Assembly: GCA_034670305.1 (NCBI GenBank)
Contig: JAXMNT010000022.1
Coordinates: forward strand, 32,001-96,000
Source of the DNA: Deltaproteobacteria bacterium
GTDB lineage: Bacteria > Myxococcota_A > Polyangia > Polyangiales > Houyiibacteriaceae
Length of the DNA: 64,000 nucleotides
Direction: 5' to 3'
Within the stretch, counting starts at the first letter, position 1. Each line of letters begins with the position of its first letter. The notes beneath the pieces are model-generated. The model searched no databases. It had not been told where the DNA came from and worked only from the letters and a program-made list of their open reading frames with translations. Positions 50,743 to 58,562 of this stretch are shown piece after piece. The position numbers were made by a program, and so were the translations under genes.

Positions 50743-52136
50743 AGCACCAACATCCCGTACGGGAAGATCCCGAGCTGCATCGCGACGGCGAGCCCGACGT
50801 GAAAGCCCACGCCGAGCAGCAACCAGCCCTCGCGCACCCGCAGCCAGAGCAGCGCGCGCGACACGCGGCCGAGCGGTTGCCCCCGCGTGCGCTTGCGGCG
50901 GGCGAGCAGCGCGAGCCCCATGAACGTGGCGCCGAGTTCGAAGACCATCGTGCTGGCGGTGCCGAGCTGCGTGAGCGGATACACGTCGGCGAGCCACGGG
51001 AGTTCGAAGCGCGCGAAGTGGGGGTCGTTGAGAATGATGTAGAGCGCGCTGAAGTCCCCATCCGGCCACCACGGCGACTGCATCTTGTGCAGCCCCGCGG
51101 AGAAGTAGATCCACAGCAGCTGGATCACGAGCAGCCGCCGCGGCCACGCGAGCACGGAGGTTCGTTTCGGGCGCCAGGTCTTGTGACGCCGCCACGCGTC
51201 GAACGAGAGGGTCGCGCCGCAATCGCTCAGCGCGAGCAGCACCAGCGCCGCGCGTAGGGCGACGTCGATCCCGCGGTCCCCCTGCGGCAACATCGCCCCG
51301 AGCTGCGCGCTCGCGAGAAGCAGCACCACGGCGGAGCTGCGGGCGAACACCCCGAACGCCAGCGTGACGCACGAGAGCACCGCCGCGCCAAACACCGCGT
51401 ACGTGGTCTCGAGTTCGGCGCCGAAAAGCGCATGCGTCCAGATCGGATCGGGGAACGTGTCCCGGATCCCGAGCGCATGGCTGCTGCTCGGCCCCCACAC
51501 CGTCCCCACCAGCCCCAGCAGCGCGACGTGCGCAAAATCCGCGAGCAGCACCAGCGCCACCCCGATCCGCACCCACGCCATCGGCTCCGCCCCCTCCCGC
51601 TCCGAACAAAACCCCACCCACCGCGCCCACCGAGACAAGCGGGGAGCGGCATCGCCTTCGGCATCGGCTTCGGCATCGGCATCGGCATCGGCTTCGGCTT
51701 CGGATTCGGATTCGGATTCGGGCTCGGCATCGGCATCGGCATCGGCATCGGCATCGGCATCGGCATCGGCATCGGCATCGCCGTCGGATCGGGCACGGGC
51801 ACGGGCACGGGCACGGCCTTCCTCGCCGACGTATTCGGCCGACGCTGAAGCTGTCTCTGTCTCTGTCTCTGCCTCTGCCTCTGCCTCTGTCTCTGTCTCT
51901 GTCTCTGTCTCTGCCTCTGTCTCTGCCTCTGCCTCTGCCTCTGTCTCCGTCTCTGTCTCTGCCCCTGCCTCTGTCTCTGTCTCTGCCTCTGTCTCTGTCT
52001 CTGCCTCTGTCTCTGTCTCTGTCTCTGTCTCTGTCTCTGCCGCTGTCGCTGCCGCTGCCGCTGTCTCTGTCGCTGCCGCTGCCGCTGCCGCTGCCGCTGC
52101 CGCTGTCTCTGCCGCTGCCTCTTCCTCCTCCGTCAC
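50658..52136 (-). CDS. HTTM-domain membrane protein with N-terminal acidic repeat tract
   Basis: GTGA overlap with the upstream gene; MAWVRIGV, IYFSAGLHKM, FELG, GFHVG, LGIF. Confidence 0.8.
   Translation of the reverse strand: MTEEEEAAAETAAAAAAAAAAATETAAAAATAAETETETETETEAETETEAETETEAGAETETETEAEAEAETEAETETETETEAEAEAETETETASASAEYVGEEGRARARARARSDGDADADADADADADADADAEPESESESEAEADADADAEADAEGDAAPRLSRWARWVGFCSEREGAEPMAWVRIGVALVLLADFAHVALLGLVGTVWGPSSSHALGIRDTFPDPIWTHALFGAELETTYAVFGAAVLSCVTLAFGVFARSSAVVLLLASAQLGAMLPQGDRGIDVALRAALVLLALSDCGATLSFDAWRRHKTWRPKRTSVLAWPRRLLVIQLLWIYFSAGLHKMQSPWWPDGDFSALYIILNDPHFARFELPWLADVYPLTQLGTASTMVFELGATFMGLALLARRKRTRGQPLGRVSRALLWLRVREGWLLLGVGFHVGLAVAMQLGIFPYGMLVLYPAFFSPSEWPPRPLAWLSARRARRRA
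51650..52125. repeat. Composite hexamer tract (GGCATC/GGCTTC)n-(GGGCAC)n-(GTCTCT/GCCTCT/GCCGCT)n
   Basis: Period-6 blocks, in frame in the 5' end of the HTTM gene. Confidence 0.95.
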
Positions 52137-52831
52137 GGCGCCATCTCCGCCCGCCGCCGCACCTCTTCGAAGTGCCACGTCAACGTCCGCTCTGGCGGGT
52201 TCTCCTCGGTCGGCAGCGGCAGGTAGTACTGCGCCATGCGCACCCGTACCTCGACGAAGGTCTCATCGGCGTCGAATGCGCGCCGGGCCACCCAGTCGAC
52301 GAACCGCGGGTAGTCGTACCGCGTGCCCGCACTGCCTGGGTTCCACACGCCCCGCACCCGCCGGTACTCGAGCCGCGCGAGCTCCCAATCGTGGTCCTCG
52401 TCCCACGGCCGGTACAGCAGCTCGAACCCCTCACCCTCGCGCCGCGCCTCCACGTGCATCCACCAGGGCTCCGGGTCGGCGATGGGAAAAAGCGACCAAC
52501 GCTGATGCACCCCCACCGCATCGAAGACCGGGTTGATGGGCCCGACGAGGTCTGACCGGAACGCCTGCGCAGCATCGCTGAATCCGATCGCCCGCTCTCC
52601 GAGGTCGCGCGCGCTGACCTCCACGCCCACCGCGCCCAGCACGCCGGACCACCGCTCGAGCTCCCGCTGGCCGAGTGGTTTCTCCACGTTTCTCCGGTGA
52701 ATTACGGGGACCGGACAGCCTTCGACCAAGTTCAGCAGGAGGATCCCCGCGACCACGACGGCGCGAAGGGTCTGGCGCCGGACCGACTCGGACGGTCGGG
52801 GCAAGGAGTCGATTGGTCCCGCGCGGCGCAT
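52133..52831 (-). CDS. Exported partner of an HTTM protein (SdpA/DUF5819-like)
   Basis: N-terminal hydrophobic segment; QRWSLFPIADP resembles the QxWxxFAPxP motif. Confidence 0.65.
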   Translation of the reverse strand: MRRAGPIDSLPRPSESVRRQTLRAVVVAGILLLNLVEGCPVPVIHRRNVEKPLGQRELERWSGVLGAVGVEVSARDLGERAIGFSDAAQAFRSDLVGPINPVFDAVGVHQRWSLFPIADPEPWWMHVEARREGEGFELLYRPWDEDHDWELARLEYRRVRGVWNPGSAGTRYDYPRFVDWVARRAFDADETFVEVRVRMAQYYLPLPTEENPPERTLTWHFEEVRRRAEMAP

Positions 52832-53005
52832 GGCCGCGCATCATGCCACGGCCGGTCCACCCGTGGCATCGCGTCGTGCCTCACCCAACACGCGGGAAAC
52901 ATTGACACTTGGAGGGCACAGAGGCGACCATCACGCGGTTATTGTTCCCGGTTTGCGGTTCACACTTCCCGTGAAACCCAGGTCGGGAGGAGCCCAACCC
53001 TCCGG

Positions 53006-55939
53006 ATGTCCGCGCTCACTTCCCTCCTCGTCCGGGACCAACAAGTCCCGGTCCGCAAGATCGAGGAAGCGATCCAGCGTCAGGTCATTTCCGGCGGTGG
53101 CCTGGACACGGTGCTGCTCGAGCTCGCGGCGCTCCCGGAGAACGTGCTCTCGGCCTACTGCGCGGCGGTGTACGGGCTGCTTCCCGCGACCCGCACCGAG
53201 GTCATGAACGTGGCCCGCGACACGATCCGGATCGTGCCGCGCGAGGTCGCCGAGCGACACAGCCTGGTCCCTCTGGCGATCGAAGAAGGCACGCTCGTCG
53301 TCGCGGTCTCCGATCCGCTCGACGACGCCACCGAGTCCCAGCTCGCGTTCTTGCTCGGAGTCGAGGTCGTCCAGCGGGTGGTGACCGAAGCCCGGCTCGT
53401 CGCAGCGCTCCACCACCACTACGGCGTCGAGATGCAGCCCCGTCTGCGTCGGTTGACCGAGAAGCTGCGCCAGCGCGAACCCGGCGCCATCCCGTTCGTC
53501 GCACCGCTCGAGATCAACGTCGCGGAACGCGAAGAAGTCGAAGAAGAAGACGACGAGTACGAGCACGAAGACACCGACGAGGCGGTCGGTCCCGACACCA
53601 AACGGTTCGGGGTGCTCGCGCCGGAAGAGAACGAGACCGTGCGCATGAGCGTCTCGCAGGTGGTCGGGGTGCGAAAGAGCAGCCGCCCGCCGCCGCCCCG
53701 TCCGAGCGCTGCACCCAAGAAACGAAAAGAACGCCGCCGCATCGCGCTGCCGCAGAGCCAAGCGTTGCGGAAAAACCGTGGCCCGCTGACGGCGCGCCGC
53801 GCGGTCGACGTGCTCGGACAGGCCGAGGTGCGGGACGACATTCTCGAGGTCGGGTTCGCCTTCGCCAAACAGTTCTTCGACCACACCGCGCTCTTCGTCG
53901 TGCACGAGGACGAAGTCGAAGGGCTCGATGCGGTGGGCCCCGGCGCTTCCCACGAGGCGATGCCGCAGATCTCGCTCTCGCTCTCCGAGCCCTCGTGTTT
54001 CGCGCTCGTGGTCGAAGGCGTGGTGCCGCTCATCACGCATCTCGATCAAACCGACGTCGAGCGCACCCTGCGCGCCCAGCTGGACCGCAACGGCGCGATG
54101 CCCGCGATGCTCGTCCCCGTCGCGATCCGTTCACGCGTCGTCATGATCTTCTATGGCGATCGCAACGGCGACGACTTCGGGCTGCAGGATGTGCCGGAGC
54201 TCCTGGCGTTCGCGCCGCGGCTGAGCGAAGCGTTTCAGCAGCTCATCTTGCGCCGCAAGCTCAGCCCGCCGGTGCCGGAGTCCGCGGCCCCGGAGATCGA
54301 GGGCTCGAAAGCGCGCCTCGCGTCCAAGGCCCCGCAGAAAAACACCCTTCGCCCGCCCGCGCCCGCGGCCGCCGAAGAGGTCGTTCCGACCAAGCTGCCG
54401 ATGCCGAGCGTGGCACCGAGTTTCGAGGACGAACCGAGCGCGTTGGAGGATGCGGTGCGCGGCAGCCTGCACCCGCCGCCCCCGGAAGACGCCATTCCTC
54501 TCGAGCCCATCGCCCCGATGGATCCCGAACCGGTGGAGCCGGAGCACGCAGAGCAACGGCCGAAGAAGCGGCCGATGCCGAAGCCGCGTCGAAAGAAGAA
54601 GCGGTCCGCCGCGTTCGAAGTGCTGGGGGTGCCCCGCAGTGCCCCGCCACCGCCCAAACCCGGCGCGATGCCCGCGGTCGCGGCGCACGGTGCGATCACC
54701 ATCAGCGACGTCCCTGCGCCATTGGCCGAAGAGGACGACGACGAGCCGGAGCTCGAGTTCGGCGAAGCGGACGAGTCGGAGTTCGAGGGCATCGAAGAAG
54801 AAGAGGCCGGCGTCGGCGGTGCCGGCTCCTACTCGATGGCGGGCACCGAGGAGGTGGTGGTGGGCACGCCCCGCTCTTCCCGCCCGCCGATGGCCGATCC
54901 CCGCCGCGAAGGCGGCCGCCCCGCGCCACGCACCGAAGTCATCGCGCCGATCGAAGGCATCACGCCGGCGTCGAGTCCGGCCGCGCGGCGCTCCTCGCCA
55001 GGGACCGAGTCTTCGCCGTCTTCGCCGGCGAGCCAAGACCTACCGAAGGTGATGATCGAGATCGATCCCACCCTGGAGAAGGTCGTGCTTCGGGTGCAAG
55101 CGATCGGTCCGGACGATGCGTCCAACGCCATTTCGAACGTGGTGGCTTCCGGCGAGCCGGCGTTGCCGGTCCTCATCCGAGATTTTCCGGGACCACTGTG
55201 GTTCGACCGACACCGTCCGCATCGGCGCTTGCCGCGGGGCCGGGACGTGAGCGGGATCTCGCGCACCTTGGTCGCGTTCGGCGACGCGGCGGTTCCCTAC
55301 GTCGCGACGTTGCTCGACCACCGCGCCATGGACACCCGCTTCTACGCGACCTTGCTCGCGTCCGAGTTCGCTCACCCGCACCTGGTCGCGGGGCTCGGCC
55401 GCCGCATCTTTGACGAAGACCCGAAGACAGCCGCGCTCGCGCTCGACGTGCTCCGCGTCCTCTCCCGCTTCGAACGCGAGATGGAAGACGTGATCCAGAT
55501 GGTTCGCGCCACCGCCCGCGTGCCACGTCGCTCGGCCGATCACCGCGCCCGCGCCGCCCGCGCGCTCGGCGAACTGCGCGACACCCGGTCCCTCGACCTG
55601 TTGGTCGATCTGCTCGCCGCCCACGAAGACATCCTCGTCCAGTCTGCGCACATCGCGCTCGTCATCCTCACCCGGCAGGACTTCGGCCAAGCCCGCGGCC
55701 GCTGGGTCGAGTGGATGGACGCCAACGGCGGCCGACACCGCATCGAGTGGCTCATCGACGCCCTCCTGCATCCCGACGAAGCGCTTCGCACCGCGGCCGC
55801 CGACGAGCTGAAGCACATCACCCAGGAGTACTACGGCTTCCATCCGAGACTCCCGAAGCACGACCGCGAGATCATGCAGAAGAAGTACCGCCGCTGGTGG
55901 GACACCGAAGGCCACCGCCGCTTCAAGATGCCGTCGTAG
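53006..55939 (+). CDS. FrgA-like protein: GspE-N/MshEN-like domain, GAF-like domain, low-complexity linker, HEAT repeats
   Basis: EEAIQRQVISGGGLDTVLLE..VPREVAERHSLVPL..VAVSDP; LVPVAIRSRVVMIFYGD; RARAARALGELRD. Confidence 0.75.
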   Translation: MSALTSLLVRDQQVPVRKIEEAIQRQVISGGGLDTVLLELAALPENVLSAYCAAVYGLLPATRTEVMNVARDTIRIVPREVAERHSLVPLAIEEGTLVVAVSDPLDDATESQLAFLLGVEVVQRVVTEARLVAALHHHYGVEMQPRLRRLTEKLRQREPGAIPFVAPLEINVAEREEVEEEDDEYEHEDTDEAVGPDTKRFGVLAPEENETVRMSVSQVVGVRKSSRPPPPRPSAAPKKRKERRRIALPQSQALRKNRGPLTARRAVDVLGQAEVRDDILEVGFAFAKQFFDHTALFVVHEDEVEGLDAVGPGASHEAMPQISLSLSEPSCFALVVEGVVPLITHLDQTDVERTLRAQLDRNGAMPAMLVPVAIRSRVVMIFYGDRNGDDFGLQDVPELLAFAPRLSEAFQQLILRRKLSPPVPESAAPEIEGSKARLASKAPQKNTLRPPAPAAAEEVVPTKLPMPSVAPSFEDEPSALEDAVRGSLHPPPPEDAIPLEPIAPMDPEPVEPEHAEQRPKKRPMPKPRRKKKRSAAFEVLGVPRSAPPPPKPGAMPAVAAHGAITISDVPAPLAEEDDDEPELEFGEADESEFEGIEEEEAGVGGAGSYSMAGTEEVVVGTPRSSRPPMADPRREGGRPAPRTEVIAPIEGITPASSPAARRSSPGTESSPSSPASQDLPKVMIEIDPTLEKVVLRVQAIGPDDASNAISNVVASGEPALPVLIRDFPGPLWFDRHRPHRRLPRGRDVSGISRTLVAFGDAAVPYVATLLDHRAMDTRFYATLLASEFAHPHLVAGLGRRIFDEDPKTAALALDVLRVLSRFEREMEDVIQMVRATARVPRRSADHRARAARALGELRDTRSLDLLVDLLAAHEDILVQSAHIALVILTRQDFGQARGRWVEWMDANGGRHRIEWLIDALLHPDEALRTAAADELKHITQEYYGFHPRLPKHDREIMQKKYRRWWDTEGHRRFKMPS

Positions 55940-55986
55940 TCAGCCCCGCAAGGCCCCTCCCTGCGCGGCGCCCTCAGCTCGCGTGG

Positions 55987-56210
55987 GCTGCCGCTGCCGC
56001 TGCCGCTGTCGCTGCCGCTGCCGCTGTCTCTGCCGCTGCAGCTGCGCTGTCGCTGGCGCTGTAGCTGTCTCCGCCGCCGTCTCTGCCACTGCCGCTGTCG
56101 CTGCCGCTGCCGCTGTCTCTGCCGCTGCCGCTGTAGCTGCCGCTGCCGCTGCCGCTGTCTCCGCCGCCGTCTCTGCCGCCGTCTCTGCCGCTGTCTCTGC
56201 CGCTGCCGCT
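55987..56210. repeat. Hexamer tract (GCCGCT/GTCTCT)n
   Basis: Period-6 tract between convergent genes; same units as the tracts at 9367 and 52040. Confidence 0.95.
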
Positions 56211-56214
56211 CGGC

Positions 56215-57312
56215 TCAGCTCGGGTCCGTTGGTTCCGCCCGCGTCGTCGGCGTCGCGATCAAGTCGGTGAGCTCGTCGTCTTGGCGCGGTCGTTCGTCGA
56301 TGAGCATCTCGCAGTCGTCCTCACCATCCGGCAAGGCGTCGCGAACCTCGGCCACCCAGTCTTCCGCCAGAGCGCGCGCGGTAGCGCCGGTCGTTGGACG
56401 CTTCTGCGGTTGGAAGCAGCTCACCAGCCATCGGTTGAGTCGGACTCGGGCCATCGGCGAGACATCGACGGCACGTCGGGTCTCCCCTTCGACCCAGATG
56501 GGCTCGTCAGGTCGCGTGCTCTCGCGATGGCTGGCCGCTTCCGCTTTCGCGAAGATCTCTTCATAGAGCGCGGCCAGCGCATCGGGAACGAACCCGTCTC
56601 CGCCCTCGCTCAGCGGCTGCCACAAGGCGATCACCTGCGGGTTGATGCGCTCCTCGCACGCGGCGAGCAGTCGGTCGTGGCCGTCGAGGATCACGTACAT
56701 CTGCAGGCCCCCGACCCACCAGAGGAGGATGGGTGGAAGCGTGTTGTCGCGGGCGTGTTTGCGCCACGACTTCACGCGACCGTCGTCCGGCGCGCTTGGC
56801 AAACGCAGTGGGAGAACGGCGTCTGACCCGTTGATGCCCCAACTCTCGTAGTGGAGTCGCGGCAACTGAAGGGACGCCCGCAGGTCATACGCCTCGGGTG
56901 GCAGACGGGTCGCCGGCGACGTGAACCGGTCTGGGCCGATGCGCTGGTGCGGAGGCGGTGGGACGGCGCGCAGTTCGGTGAGCCTCCAGGTCCCGGCCCG
57001 CAGCGGCGAGTGCCCGGAGCGGTCCAGAGCGGCCGCGAACCACCGCATCCACCCATCGGTCCCCCGAATTCGGCGCGCGTCGTCCGCGCGAATCGGATCC
57101 ACGATGGCGGGGGAGGTGGGTGTCGTGTGGTCGGGCCTCAGGGTCCACACGCCGTACGTTCCGCGGACGACGTAAGCCCACAGCAGTCGCTGCGCACCGA
57201 TGGACAAACGCAGGCGCCGCGACCTGGCGCACTCGAGCGTCAGGCCCGGGGTGCGGCCGACAGGTACGTCTCCCTCGATCCCGCCGTCGTCTTCTGCATC
57301 CCGCCAGAACAT
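56215..57312 (-). CDS. Hypothetical protein with ParB/Srx-like LDGHxR motif
   Basis: LPPILLWWVGGLQMYVILDGHDRLLAA. Confidence 0.7.
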   Translation of the reverse strand: MFWRDAEDDGGIEGDVPVGRTPGLTLECARSRRLRLSIGAQRLLWAYVVRGTYGVWTLRPDHTTPTSPAIVDPIRADDARRIRGTDGWMRWFAAALDRSGHSPLRAGTWRLTELRAVPPPPHQRIGPDRFTSPATRLPPEAYDLRASLQLPRLHYESWGINGSDAVLPLRLPSAPDDGRVKSWRKHARDNTLPPILLWWVGGLQMYVILDGHDRLLAACEERINPQVIALWQPLSEGGDGFVPDALAALYEEIFAKAEAASHRESTRPDEPIWVEGETRRAVDVSPMARVRLNRWLVSCFQPQKRPTTGATARALAEDWVAEVRDALPDGEDDCEMLIDERPRQDDELTDLIATPTTRAEPTDPS

Positions 57313-57371
57313 CGTCGGAAGCTAAGAACCGGTCACGCGTCTGCAACCCGTGCGGTTGGCGCGCGCGCGCC

Positions 57372-58460
57372 TCACTCGGGTGGGGGCTGGTCGCGCCACG
57401 GAATCAGGAGGGCGGCGTCGGAGGACGGGGGGAAGGGTTCGTCGGGGTCGCCGACGCCCTGCATGAAGAGGGTCACGTTCTCGCCCACTTTGAAGGTGGT
57501 GGCGATGTTGACGCCGGCTTCCCCGAACTGACCGGCCAGGAACGAGAAGGCGTTCGGCACGAGGAACTGCGCGATCTGCGCTTCCGGAACGCAGTCCATG
57601 TCGGGCGCGACGTGCGCGTGCAGGGTGAGCAGCCCGCGCTCGATCGCCACCGTCGTGAGGTAGGGGGTGACCTCGCCGTAGTCGACGTTCTCGAAGAGCT
57701 CGACCGGAGGCATCTCACCGCCGCTTCCGTCTGGGTCCCAGCAGAAGTCGAGCGGCGGGGCGTTGACCTGCGAGTTGTGGAAGCGGAGGTGGTTGTTCTC
57801 AGCGTCGATGGCGGGGTCGTCTTCGAAGAGCATCACGCGCGCATCGCGGGTCTCGCCGCATGGCTGGTCGAACGTCGGACCGCAGAAGTTGTCGTCGCCG
57901 AGCAGGCCGATGAGCGCGACGGTCGCGTAGGCGTCCGCATCGACGGCGCCTTCGGGGATGTCCGCGACGATGACCGGCTCGACGGACGCGTCGGGACACC
58001 CGGCTTCGGTGTCGGTCTCCTGGTAGACCTTCATCCGGTACCCGACGCCGGCGCTGAGCGCGAACGGGATGTAGGGCGTGATGCCGCGGAACGGAACCGG
58101 ATCGTCCGGCGGCGCGGGGAGCGGTCCGGTGGGTGCGCCCGCCTCGACGCCTCCGACGAGCGACGAGATGCACAGCCGCATGTCGGGCCCATCCGGAATC
58201 AAGTACGCGAGCCGCACGTTCGCCGTCGCCACCGGCCCGGTGTCGGGTCCGCTGTCCATGGGCATCGGACCCGTGTCGACGCCGGCGTCGCGCATCGGTC
58301 CCGCGTCCGAAGCGCGCGGACGTGGCCGGCACGCCCTCGCGACGCACATGAGGTCCTCGACGCAATCCGAGTCGCGCCGACAGTACTCTCCAGACTGTCC
58401 GCCCGCATCGATGCACCCGCTCCCGAGCACCATTCCGAGGACCACCCACTGACGCACCAT
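57372..58460 (-). CDS. DUF4397-like lipoprotein
   Basis: LGSGC lipobox, Cys module, VRLAYLIPD, LRFHNSQVNAPPLD..FENVDYGEVTPY; start reassigned to 58460. Confidence 0.7.
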   Translation of the reverse strand: MVRQWVVLGMVLGSGCIDAGGQSGEYCRRDSDCVEDLMCVARACRPRPRASDAGPMRDAGVDTGPMPMDSGPDTGPVATANVRLAYLIPDGPDMRLCISSLVGGVEAGAPTGPLPAPPDDPVPFRGITPYIPFALSAGVGYRMKVYQETDTEAGCPDASVEPVIVADIPEGAVDADAYATVALIGLLGDDNFCGPTFDQPCGETRDARVMLFEDDPAIDAENNHLRFHNSQVNAPPLDFCWDPDGSGGEMPPVELFENVDYGEVTPYLTTVAIERGLLTLHAHVAPDMDCVPEAQIAQFLVPNAFSFLAGQFGEAGVNIATTFKVGENVTLFMQGVGDPDEPFPPSSDAALLIPWRDQPPPE

Positions 58461-58562
58461 GCCCCCATGATGCCACAACCCGGTTCGCTCGGTTAGATCG
58501 CGGCAGGCGCTCTCGGCCGGCTGTGCCCGCCGGTTGGAACGCGCCCTGATGATCCTTGCGTT

